64,000 bases of DNA from Eledone cirrhosa. Its lineage: Eukaryota. The first letter of the stretch is position 1, and every line of letters starts with the position of its first letter. Below the pieces are notes generated by a model. It had not been told where the DNA came from, searched no databases, and saw nothing but the letters and a program-made list of their open reading frames with translations. Of this stretch, positions 11,725-23,552 are shown piece by piece. The stretch lies in assembly GCA_964016885.1 (NCBI GenBank), contig OZ024740.1, positions 27,404,001 through 27,468,000 on the forward strand. Reading direction: 5' to 3'. The translations under genes were made by a program, and so were the position numbers.

Positions 11725-14592
11725 CACAAAGGTACTACAACATCTGTTATAACACAAGGGAACTCAATTAACAGATAAACAAAGGTACTACAACATCTGT
11801 TATACCACAAGGTAACTCAATTAACAGATAAACAAAGGTACTACAACATCTGTTATACCACAAGGTAACTCAATTAACAGATAAACAAAGGTACTACAAC
11901 ATCTGTTATAACACAAGGTAACTCAATTAACAGATAAACAAAGGTACTACAACATCTGTTATACCACAAGGTAACTCAATTAACAGATAAACAAAGGTAT
12001 TACAACATCTGTTATAACACAAGGAACTCACTTAACAGACAAACAAAGGTACTACAACATTTGTTATAACACAAGGTAACTCACTTAACAGATAAACAAA
12101 GGTACTACAACATTTGTTATAACACAAGGTAACTCACTTAACAGACAAACAAAGGTATTACAACATCTGTTATAACACAAGGGAACTCACTTAATAGATA
12201 AACAAAGGTATTACAACATCTGTTATACCACAAGGGAACTCACTTAACAGATAAACAAAGGTATTACAACATCTGTTATACCACAAGGGAACTCACTTAA
12301 CAGATAAGCAAAGGTACTACAGCATCTGTTATAACACAAGGGAACTCACTTAACAGATAAACAAAGGTACTACAACATCTGTTATAACACAAGGGAACTC
12401 ACTTAACAGACAAACAAAGGTATTACAACATCTGTTATAACACAAGGGAACTCACTTAACAGATAAACAAAGGTACTACAACATCTAGTATAACACAAGG
12501 TAACTCAATTAACAGATAAACAAAGGTACTACAACATCTGTTATAACACAAGGGAACTCTCTTAACAGATAAACAAAGGTATTACAACATCTGTTATAAC
12601 ACAAGGGAATTCACTTAACAGACAAACAAAGGTGCTACAACATATGTTATAACACAAGGGAACTCACTTAACAGACAAACAAAGGTACTACAACATTTGT
12701 TAAAAAACAAGGTAACTCACTTAACAGATAAACAAAGGTACTACAACAGCTGTTATAACACAAGATAACTCTCTTAACAGATAAACAAAGGTACTACAAC
12801 ATCTGTTATAACACAAGGGAACTCACTTAACAGACAAACAAAGGTACTACAACATTTGTTATAAAACAAGGTAACTCACTTAACATATAAACAAAGGTAC
12901 TACAACAGCTGTTATAACACAAGATAACTCTCTTAACAGATAAACAAAGGTACTACAACATCTGTTATAACACAAGGGAATTCACTTAACAGTCAAACAA
13001 AGGTACTACAACATATGTTATAACACAAGGTAACTCAATTAACAGACAAACAAAGGTACTACAACAGCTGTTAAAACACAAGGGAACTCACTTAACAGAG
13101 AAACAAAGGTACTACAACATTTGTTATAACACAAGGGAATTCACTTAACAGACAAACAAAGGTACTACAACATCTGTTATAACACAACGGAACTCACTTA
13201 ACAGACAAACAAAGGTACTACAACATCTGTTATAACACAAGGTAACTCAATTAACAGATAAACAAAGGTACTACAACATCTGTTATACCACAAGGTAACT
13301 CAATTAACAGATAAACAAAGGTACTACAACAGCTGTTAAAACACAAGGGAACTCACTTAACAGATAAACAAAGGTACTACAACATCTGTTATACCACAAG
13401 GGAACTCACTTAACAGATAAACAAAGGTATTACAACATCTGTTATACCACAAGGGAACTCACTTAACAGATAAGCAAAGGTACTACAGCATCTGTTATAA
13501 CACAAGGGAACTCACTTAACAGATAAACAAAGGTACTACAACATCTGTTATAACACAAGGGAACTCACTTAACAGACAAACAAAGGTATTACAACATCTG
13601 TTATAACACAAGGGAACTCACTTAATTGATAAACAAAGGTACTACAACATCTGTTATAACACAAGGGAATTCACTTAACAGACAAACAAAGGTATTACAA
13701 CATTTGTTATAACACAAGGGAACTCACTTAACAGATAAACAAAGGTACTACAACATCTGTTATAACACAAGGTAACTCAATTAACAGACAAACAAAGGTA
13801 CTACAACAGCTGTTAAAACACAAGGGAACTCACTTAACAGATAAACAAAGGTACTACAACATCTGTTATAACACAACGGAACTCACTTAACAGATAAACA
13901 AAGGTACTACAACATCTGTTATACCACAAGGGAACTCACTTAACAGATAAACAATGGTATTACAACATCTGTTATACCACAAGGGAACTCACTTAACAGA
14001 TAAGCAAAGGTACTACAGCATCTGTTATAACACAAGGGAACTCACTTAACAGATAAACAAAGGTACTACAACATCTGTTATAACACAAGGGAACTCACTT
14101 AACAGACAAACAAAGGTATTACAACATCTGTTATAACACAAGGGAACTCACTTAATTGATAAACAAAGGTACTACAACATCTGTTATAACACAAGGGAAT
14201 TCACTTAACAGACAAACAAAGGTATTACAACATTTGTTATAACACAAGGGAACTCACTTAACAGATAAACAAAGGTACTACAACATCTGTTATAACACAA
14301 GGGAACTCACTTAACAGATAAACAAAGGTACTACAACATCTGTTAAAACACAAGGGAACTCACTTAACAGATAAACAAAGGTACTACAACATCTGTTAAA
14401 ACACAAGGGAACTCACTTAACAGACAAACAAAGGTACTACAACATCTGTTATAACACAAGGGAACTCACTTAACAGATACAGAAATGTACTACTACATTT
14501 GTTATAACACAAGGGAACTCACTTAACAGATACAGAAATGTACTACTACATTTGTTATAGCACAAAGGAAATCTCTTAACAGATAAACAAAG
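11725..14592. repeat. 53-bp tandem satellite, about 54 copies
   Basis: Unit acaaaggtactacaacatctgttataacacaagggaactcacttaacagataa; ggtact recurs at 11731 and 11784. Confidence 0.97.
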
Positions 14593-15123
14593 CTAAACTT
14601 TGTTGAATTAAATGATATAATAAATAACATTATAATGCTGAAAAGAAAAGTTATAAAAGTCACTTTTCCTGGACAAAACTTCGATCTTTTTCTTTCCTCA
14701 GTCTCTACGAAAAAGTTCACAGCAAAAAAAATGTATGTTTTATGTTTGCTAATAACTTTCAAATTTGCCACTTTAAAAGATTTATTTAACAACTATATTT
14801 ATTCTAGCAACTCTGTGTGTCTCACGGTCGTATTATTTGTTCATGTCGAAAATTTTCTTAACTACCAATAATTATTTGTTCTAACATCGAAACAATTCAA
14901 CGAATTATTCAGATTTGTTTCTGACAAACAAAACTCTTCCAGGCAATTATTGTTTATTTTAGCAACTGTGTATTATTTTCATTGTTCAAACGATCGTTTT
15001 GTCTTCCGACTATTGTTACTCCAAGTGTAATTCGTGTGTAATTTGATTCAATCTACAAAGAACTATTCTAGAATCTATAGTATTATGTCTCAAGCTTGTT
15101 AGATTTAAAGTAAATTTTTACAT

Positions 15124-15216
<93 letters not shown>

Positions 15217-16264
15217 TATATATCTTTTGCATTTTCCTCCTTCACACACGCACATGCATGCACACAAACATATACATATATAAATATATATGTGTGTGTA
15301 TGTGTGCGCGTATGTGTGTGTTTGCGTAAGGTATGTACAGAAACATTGTTTGTTGTTGAAGTTTTATTTTACATTGTCTAGGGAAGTTACTCGTTTTAGA
15401 TAGTCTCATATATATATATATGCGTGTGTGTGTGTTGTGTGTGTGTAGGAGGTATGCGTGTGTGTGTATGTATGTGTGGTCGGGCGTGTGTGCGAGATTA
15501 CAAAATTGTATGATTTGTGGCGTGTTTCAATTGCGTCTTCTATACATTAAAGTTAGCAAAAATACTTATAAACAATAGAGGAAATACAATATAAATACAA
15601 CCACTTTGAACACTGTGGATAATATTTTCATAGATAATTGAATAATTATTCATGTAAATGCGAAGACTACGCGCTGTCCCTCTTATCTCTTAAATATCTC
15701 GAGGTTAATTGATTTGGTGAAGTAGTTATAAAACTGAATATTTGTTCCGGTTCTGTGGGTTCTGAGTTCAAATCGTACCGAAGCCCACCTTTAAGTTCGT
15801 CTTTTTGAGGTCGATAAAGAAATTACCTGTCCATTGCTGGAGCAGTTCATTTCTTCTAGCTGGCATACCTTACTTCTTCTACAGGACCAAAAGGGTTCGA
15901 GAGGATACAAACCCTTAGGAAAAGCGTGATACATGCTATCAAATCATACCCATCTGTGTGTAACGGCTGCAGCTTAAATGCGAGAAAAAATAATAATAAA
16001 ATAGACAAGTGTGGGCTCACGATTGTAAGGTCGAAGTTTCGATCTCCATGCCATGGGACACATTACGATTGAAATAAATGTATACTCCATCTAACGAGCT
16101 TCCGGCAGTTTTCATCTACACAATAACATTCACAACGCTTCGATTGACCATAAGCTAAAGTAAAAATCACTTGCCCCAATTCTCAACGTTTGCAAAGCGA
16201 ACGCATTAACCGGTTAGCCGTATCTGCCTACGCACAAATACATAGAGATACATATATCATGAGA

Positions 16265-16400
16265 TGGTGAATTGGAAGAGTCGTTAGAACGTCGGATAGA
16301 ATGATTTCTGCTATTCGTTCCGTCTGTATCTCCCTCCAACTTTGCCTTTCATCCTTTCGAGGTCGATAAAAAAGTACCAGTCCAGTACTTGGGTCGATTA
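16265..16400 (+). mobile_element. Degenerate SINE with Deu/Nin-like core
   Basis: tttgcctttcatcctttcgaggtcgataaaaaagtaccag. Confidence 0.6.
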
Positions 16401-16580
16401 TTTTTCTATCTTTTCTCATTTTACTCTCTCTCACTTTCTATCTTTCTCTGGAAGAAATCTGCTGTACTCAGGCCTGGAGAGGGATGGGCTCCACCAGGTT
16501 TTAAATGCCCAAGAAGTGCCGTATGTCAATACGGTAGCCTCATGACTATCAGGATTTACGAGACCATACCATACATATAT

Positions 16581-16728
16581 AATTGTTTCTACTTTGGCAC
16601 AAGGCCAGCAATTACCCAGTACATTACTGGTACTTTATTTTATCGACCCCCGTAAGGATGAAAGGCAAAGTCAACCTCGGCGGGATTTGAACTCAGATCG
16701 TAAAGGGACGTAACTATACTGGAAAGCA
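16581..16728 (-). mobile_element. tRNA-derived SINE with Deu/Nin-like core
   Basis: B box gagttcaaatccc plus gcctttcatccttacggggtcgataaa on the minus strand; multicopy in the window. Confidence 0.8.
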
Positions 16729-17430
16729 TACATATATAATGAATGGATGATTGGCAGAATTGGTAGAGCCATGACAATGCCTCCGCTCTTCTGTCTGCGA
16801 GACATGAGCAAAATACAACACGGAAAGTATTTCTGTGCAAATGGTATATACCTGACTAATTTGAATGTCAAGGAATATATTTTCTTTGAATTACTAATTT
16901 GTATGTCAAGGAATTTGGATTCTTTGAACTTAGCATTGTTTTCCCTACTCTTGAAATTTCCCTACTCTTGAAATTTCCCTACTTTTGATATTAGTTTTGG
17001 AATAGTTACCTCCCTTCAACCTATCGAATAATTTTGGTTATTTTTAGTTATTTATGGCTATTTTCGAAATTACCTGACTTTGAAGAGTTCTCGTATAATC
17101 TTCCAAAACCAAAATACATTCAACCACCAGAGGCCATCTTTAGTTTTATAACAGGCTAGATGAGTTGGGGTGCAGAACACAACGAAACTTAAGTACCTGT
17201 ATATATCAATGCTGTAACTAATTATACTTAACTGGTTCTATGGACTGGGTACTCTTACTCTTGGATATTTCTACCAAAGTTTTACTACAGTATATATATA
17301 TAGATAAACCTATAAAAAAATACGGTAGTGTCCAATCCGTATGAAGAACTCAATGTAATCCAAATATCATGAAAAGAGGAGATGCATTCAAAAATTTTCG
17401 ATGAAAATCATTGGAAAACAGAGTCAAGAT

Positions 17431-17765
17431 AAATTAATAAAAACAATGAATAAAAACAAAGAACAAGTTCCTTATATTAAAACATTCATCATTTTACGAT
17501 CGTTTCTATGATATATATGTGTGTGTTGGTATGTATATCATATAGATCTATGTGAAAATATTACAAACTATCAGAGGAAATATATTTACCTTTACATATA
17601 TGTGCTGTCTTCAGCATATATATGTTAATCGAAGACAACACACATATATATCCTAGAAAAGATCGTAAAATGATGAATTTTTTTATATAAGGAACTTGTT
17701 CTTTGTTTTTATTCATTGTTTTTATTAATTTATATATAAGGAGGAGGTTATAGTTCACTTGATAA
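17431..17765. mobile_element. Family D fold-back element
   Basis: 17431-17527 is the reverse complement of ~17637-17730; GAAA-CGATCG-TA (HHR helix III-like) on minus 17495-17506; adjacent gaggaggttatagttcacttga terminus shared with 21194. Confidence 0.7.
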
Positions 17766-17912
17766 TTTATATATATATATATATGATCGTGGATATTTAC
17801 AGCTGACGAAGGATTCTTACTCCTTTCTTCTTTTCTCCTCCTGTTCTGTCCTAACCACCATCCTAAACATTCTTTTAGTAACCACACAGCTCCTTTCGTT
17901 TGGTATCATTAT

Positions 17913-18362
17913 CGGTGAATTGGCAGTATCGGTAGAGGGTTGGGCGCCATGTTTTCTATCATAGTTACGTCCCTTTACAGTCTGAGTTCAAATTCCGTCG
18001 AGATTAACTTTGCCTTTCATCCTTACGGGGTCGATAAAATAAAGTACCAGTAATGTACTGGGTAATTGCTGGCCTTGAGCCTAAAGTAGAAACAATTATA
18101 TATATATATAAGTTTATCCCGGGCTCAATCGGGGGCAACCACAGCAAGTAAGGTACTCAATACATAGCAGAGTATAAATATTTAATATAGAAATGGCTTT
18201 TACAGGACTAGATCTGTTTCATTCGGGAATATATATATATATATATATTGAGTGAGTGTGAAAGAGTTGACTTTGCCTTTCATCCTTACGGGGTCGATAA
18301 AATAAAGTACCAGTAATGCACTGGGTAGTTGCTGGCCTTGTGCCTAAAGTAGAAACAATTAT
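17913..18362 (+). mobile_element. Deu/Nin-like SINE (17913-18097) and second 3' portion (18268-18362) separated by a TA-flanked ~115 bp insert
   Basis: A box tggcagtatcgg, B box gagttcaaattcc, core and tail repeated. Confidence 0.75.
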
Positions 18363-19489
18363 TGAAAGTCTCTAGATTTCTCAAAATACATAACATCGAC
18401 CCTAGTATTTCACGGATAACAGCTCAATATTTCTGGGTTAAAACATCACCCTGTACAGATGATATAAGCTACATTTAAAGTTCCATAAAGGGATGACAAA
18501 AAATGGAAATTCTTCCATAATTGGCACAACTATATTTGGCTTTAATCCCTTTCAATGGAATAACAGTATCTTATCGGCAAAATAAATAAACTTTCTACAT
18601 TTTTCAACCGTGAAATATTTTTTTTGAATTGATACTCTATCCTGTTCACAGACAACGATAATCTTAACAGTAGAAATAGTATTAGTAGTATTAGTAGTAG
18701 TAGCAGATATTTTTCTGTTTACGTCCGTCTGTCTGCGTGGTCTTGTTTTACGGGTTGTATTCGTTGGTAACTGCCACCCACTAATTTTTCTTAAAGATCG
18801 ATTTCAAAGGGTCAACACTGGTGAGCCTTGCAGTTTGTTCGTTGAAGTTTTGTCGGGGCGTCCGAGTAAGACCCCTTTTCCCGAAAGGTGGCTACCAACG
18901 CAATCTCTTGTGTCGACGTTGCCCTACGAGATTGTGTCAAATGGGTCGTATTCACCGTAGCGTTCGATCGTTGGAAAAGAGACACTGCTGATCCTGTCAT
19001 TTCTCAAATTTTTTAAGGGTTGTATAATAATTTTTTAAGGGTTGTATAATAATTTTTTAAGGGTTGTATTCGTCGTAGCTTTTGTTCGTAATCTTGCATT
19101 ACATACACGTCGGCGCCATAGTAACAGGGATTTTTTGGTAGAGTTTCACTTACACAGTTTTAATAGTTTGTGAATCTGAAAGAAGTGATTTGACTGAACT
19201 TCTCCACTTGAATGGTCGTAGATTTCGTTAGAAAAAAAATAGAAAAATGAGGGTTCAGATGTAATTAATGGAACTTGCCACAAAAGATCAAGTTTATTTC
19301 TATGATATTAGAGCCCAAGTATCTGTGATCAAGTAGGTACAAATATGGAATGTAAGTTGAGAACGAAAGCTACCTGAGAAACAAAAAGAGGCGACAATCG
19401 GCAAAATTGTTTTGGAAAGACTTTGACAAAAGCTGTATCGGCAGCAATTTGTAGGGGACGGGACCCGTATCGAATAATATTTAAAAAAA

Positions 19490-19775
19490 ATGAAACGCTA
19501 CCAAGAACACAACCCTTAAAATATGATTTTTGTAAAGGACAGGCCCAGGATTGTGCGATTGTGTTGGAATATCTTTCGGGAATAGGAGAGCCGCATCGAA
19601 TGTCTGTTAAGAACGAAAGCTACCCCGAATACTTCCCTTAAAACACGATTTTCATAAAGAACAGGCTCCGCTGTGTGAGATTCTGGTGGAATATCTTTCG
19701 GGAATAGGAGAGACACATCGAATGCTGGTTATGAAAGAAAGCTACCACCAATACTTCCCTTAAAATATAATCTTG
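19490..19775. repeat. Diverged ~122-bp tandem repeat, about 2.3 copies
   Basis: ggaatatctttcgggaataggagag at ~19566 and ~19688; gaaagctacc recurs. Confidence 0.75.
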
Positions 19776-19909
19776 TTGAACATATAGATAAATATGCATG
19801 TATAATCACGAAATCAAAATGCCTTTCAAAAAGCAGCCAATTGCCGAAGGCCGGCATTTGGTTGGTACCTTTAGTAATTGAAAGCCATTTTGATTTTGTG
19901 ATCTCATAC

Positions 19910-20057
<148 letters not shown>

Positions 20058-20122
20058 ATATGTATATATATATATATACAAATAATATTAATAAATGGAA
20101 ATTATATTTATAAAACCATATT

Positions 20123-20182
20123 TATTGTATTATATATATTTCAAGGATACCAAAATTTGGTACGCTCTCATCAGATAAAATA
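20123..20182 (-). ncRNA. Type I hammerhead ribozyme motif, canonical core
   Basis: TATTTTAT-CTGATGA-GAGCGTACCAA/TTGGTATCCTT-GAAA-TATATA-TA|ATACAATA: stem I 7 of 8 pairs, stem II 10 of 11 pairs, palindromic helix III, overlapping AATAAA; lies in a TA-flanked element 20079-20250. Confidence 0.8.
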
Positions 20183-20246
20183 CAAAGTTTGTTTTATAAA
20201 TATTGATATAATCAGGAAGGAGATCTTAACGGTTCAAGTTGTTCCT

Positions 20247-20295
<49 letters not shown>

Positions 20296-20302
20296 TATAT
20301 AT

Positions 20303-20702
20303 AACGGAAAAGAAAATGGTAAACGGAAAAGAAAATGCTGACAAATTGTTCACAGTGAAAAATAGTTTGATTAGGAATAAGTGAGAACTAGTAATAGTAT
20401 TAGTTAGTATTCAGTTTTGGTTTTAAGTTTTACCGGTTGCGCATTACTAATGCTTTTCAAAAATAATTTTGAGATAGAGCGTCCGTGATGTTTGCTCTAA
20501 TCCGCAAACATCACGGACGCTCTATCTCAAAATTATTTTTGAAAAGCATTAGAAATGCGCAACCAGTAAAACTTTAAACCAATACTATTACTAATTCTCA
20601 CTTATTCCTTATTAAACTATTTTTCACTGTGAACAATTTGTCAGTATTTTCTTTTCCGTTTACCAATATATCATAACTTGTGTGTTACACCTCTATTCTT
20701 TA
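20303..20702. mobile_element. Family F fold-back element in (TA)n
   Basis: Arms ~20317-20495 and 20504-20665 are reverse complements with an 8-nt loop; carries TTGAAAA-GCATT/AATGC-GCAA-CCGG-TA HHR-like motif. Confidence 0.8.
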
Positions 20703-20705
20703 ATA

Positions 20706-20736
<31 letters not shown>

Positions 20737-21173
20737 GCGGCGATGAATTAGTTTTGCGAGGTTTTTTTATATGAAATCGTGTGTCGAAACAAATATTGTT
20801 ATACTTGGGGAGGGTCATATGTGTGTAATATTGCCAGAATTAATAACAGAACGCATCACTGCTTGGTTGGTTTTCACTTCTCGCTTCTGTGTCTTTTATA
20901 TCGGTAATCTAACTTACTCGGTCCCCAATGTTGCCATTGACTGACCGACAGTCAAAAATAATACAGATACAATATAGACACAAACACATATATATAGTTT
21001 ATTATAAATCTTTCGTTGCACATCTGCAACATCGTCAGTGGTGTTATCGTTTCCTCCTGTTGTATTATATGTCTACGCCATTTTTATCAGAAGCAAAAAC
21101 CAACCAAACAGTGAGTGTGTTCTGTTATTAATTCTGGCAATATTACACAAATATGACCCTCCTCAAGTATAAC
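20737..21173 (-). mobile_element. Family A element, longest copy, with short inverted arm (21089-21173)
   Basis: Highly similar to 5424-5629 and 6238-6503; (TA)n on both sides; contains an HHR. Confidence 0.85.
21000..21042 (-). ncRNA. Type I hammerhead motif of family A
   Basis: CTGACGA-T-GTTGCA-GATG-TGCAAC-GAAA-GATT-TA|TAATAAA: perfect 6-bp stem II, weak stems I and III. Confidence 0.65.
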
Positions 21174-21193
21174 AATATATATATATATATATA

Positions 21194-21355
21194 GAGGAGG
21201 TTATAGTTCACTTGAAGCATTGTGTAATGAGGTATAAACGTTTGTATATGTATAATAAAGCCAAAACAATGCAGGTATGGACATAGAATAAATAATGCAT
21301 TCTTTATTCTATGTCCATACCTGCATTGTTTTGGCTTTATTATACATATACAAAC

Positions 21356-21360
<5 letters not shown>
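21194..21360. mobile_element. Family E fold-back element in (TA)n
   Basis: 21233-21292 is the reverse complement of ~21303-21361, turning at atgcat. Confidence 0.75.
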
Positions 21361-21405
<45 letters not shown>

Positions 21406-21448
21406 CTATATATATATCCAAGTTGTTCCTGGATATCAAGTTTTTCAT

Positions 21449-21519
<71 letters not shown>

Positions 21520-21589
21520 GCTATGTATGTATATATATTATAAAATACAGAGATATTAACAATAACAACAACAGCAGCAACAATATTAA

Positions 21590-21775
21590 TAATTGTTTCT
21601 ACTTTTGGCACAAGGCCAGCAATTACCACAGTGAATTACTGGTGCTTTATTTTATCGACCCCGTAAGGAAGAAAGGCAAAGTTAACCTTGGCGGGATTTG
21701 AACTCAGACCATAGAAGGCCGTAACCCTTTGCTGCAAAGCATGGCGTCAGACCCTCTAGCGATACTGCCAACCAC
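21590..21775 (-). mobile_element. Deu/Nin-like SINE
   Basis: Same family as 16581; A and B boxes on the minus strand. Confidence 0.8.
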
Positions 21776-22214
21776 CGGCAGATGGGTACATTAACAACAA
21801 CATTTATGAGTGTTAGACCGTAACAAGATGTGTTTGGGTATTTAACCCATTATTTAATGTGATAAATACATTAAAGGTAGGTTAAAATTTGCAGTAAATG
21901 TTGTAAATAAGAGTGCAAAGTCCTAGATTCCTTCTCTTAGTAAATGTTGTTGTAAATGGCGATACAAACTCCTAGAAACCTCTTTAGTGAAGTAAAGTTT
22001 ATCAACTGATACATTGTTTTGGATGTTTAGATTGAACAATTGTAATTAAAGAAGGGAATGGAAAATAATGAAACAAAAGCGAAACAAATGTTGACAGTAA
22101 ATATAAAACGCAATCGTGGAAGAAATAAATATCTATAATACTTTATTCGTTGACTGATAATAACACTAAATATAATTGGGTCTTCAACTAATCCGAACTC
22201 CGACAATCAGCAAT

Positions 22215-22405
22215 CAGCAGTACTACCGTGGGCTCCCGAGGGTCCACTTGCTATCAGACAAGCTGATGACCTGGCCAGCTTGCCACTGGTCACAAACAAT
22301 CTCAAGCATGCTCAAACCAACATTTACATACAGTGGTGGACTGGCCAGGTTGCCAGGTTGCCCAATGGCAAGTGAGCCCCAGGCGCTCACGGTAGCATTG
22401 CAGTG
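22215..22405. mobile_element. Two diverged hAT-like MITE ends back to back (…ccactg / cagtgg…)
   Basis: 22215-22288 is an imperfect reverse complement of 22331-22402; CAGTGG..GGACTGGCCA start resembles hAT TIRs. Confidence 0.45.
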
Positions 22406-22540
22406 ACCGCAGTAGAATTGCAGGGCACACTGTAGTATTTTAAGGGTCAATGATTTGCTTACAAAAATACCTGAAGTCTGAGAGAAAGTGTATGTGTTTT
22501 TAACTGTTGAATACATTTAATTTAATTATTTAACCATGCA

Positions 22541-22618
<78 letters not shown>

Positions 22619-22619
22619 T

Positions 22620-22727
22620 GTTATACTTGGGGAGGGTCATATTTGTGTAATATTGCCAGAATTAATAACAGAACACACTCACTGTTTGGTTGGTCCTCGC
22701 TTTTCGCTTCTGTGTCTTTTATATCGG
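22620..22727 (-). mobile_element. Family A 3' fragment in (TA)n
   Basis: Matches 5424-5526. Confidence 0.85.
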
Positions 22728-22745
22728 TATATATATATATATATA

Positions 22746-23345
22746 GAAAACAAGATGAAATCGAAAATGCAACTTGAGTCTTATTTAAAAAAATATATAT
22801 ATATTTATTTGGTTCCTTTACCGGTTTCGCAGTTCTTCTGCTTTTCAAAAGTAGAGTTGAGATGGAGACTCTGTGGTTTTTCTCACATCTGGTTGGTCTC
22901 TGAATGTTACTTGTTTTATATGGAAAAAGTGGCTCGAAATGCCAGGTTTTTCGAGAAGTAACTTGATTGGTTGGTCAATAATTATAATAAATTTCGCGCC
23001 AGTTCGCGTTACAAAGTTCTTTAAAAAAAGGGGGGGGGGGCGTCACAGGTTGTTTTTACATATATGAATGTTTGAATTTCTTTTTACTTTAAAAAATGGG
23101 GCTCACGAAGGCTTTTTTTTTAATAAACGTAATTTGATTGGTTATAAATGAAATTATGGTTGTCACGTGAACAAGTTTTCATTAAATGTTTGCGCCCTTA
23201 TTCGGAAATCCATTCTGCAGCCTTTTTAGAGAATTTTATGACAAGTAAAAGATAATGGTCAAGATGAATTGGATGGGAGAATTGTTCTGGTTCAGTGAAT
23301 ATGGTTAGTTCGCTGGGGTGTCAGAATTCAGATTTTCTATTGAAT
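22746..23345 (-). mobile_element. Family C element (PLE 3' end-like)
   Basis: 22746-22890 matches both arms of 36563-36862; HHR + AATAAA near the (TA)n end; distal boundary uncertain. Confidence 0.65.
22816..22851 (-). ncRNA. Minimal type I hammerhead with U3-A8 core
   Basis: CTT-TTGAAAA-GCAG-AAGAA-CTGC-GAAA-CCGG-TA|AAG. Confidence 0.7.
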
Positions 23346-23466
23346 AAAGAAAATAAAGATATGTATGTTTATTTGTGTGCTTGTGTGTGTGTGTGTGTGT
23401 GTTTGAATTTCTTTTTACTTAAAAGTAAGTAAAAAGAAATTTTTCATTTTGTAAAAAAAACCTCAC

Positions 23467-23539
<73 letters not shown>

Positions 23540-23552
23540 TATATATATATAA

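Larger units (their letters stand above)
9497..11730 (+). mobile_element. 5'-truncated Penelope-like element (C-terminal GIY-YIG, possibly Hydra clade) with inverted 5' pseudo-LTR
   Basis: RT/EN remnant 9895-11030; 9697-9875 is the reverse complement of 11538-11730; the inverted pLTR ends ccccaagtataac next to short TA/CA repeats; the 3' pLTR is cut off by the 53-bp satellite. Confidence 0.85.

Noticed and set aside
11725-14592. CRISPR-like regular array with palindromic units
   Set aside because: Units are contiguous with no unique spacers, there are no cas genes, and the context is eukaryotic.
22263-22290. CTGATGA as a hammerhead core
   Set aside because: No downstream GAAA after a helix; lies in a hAT-like end.
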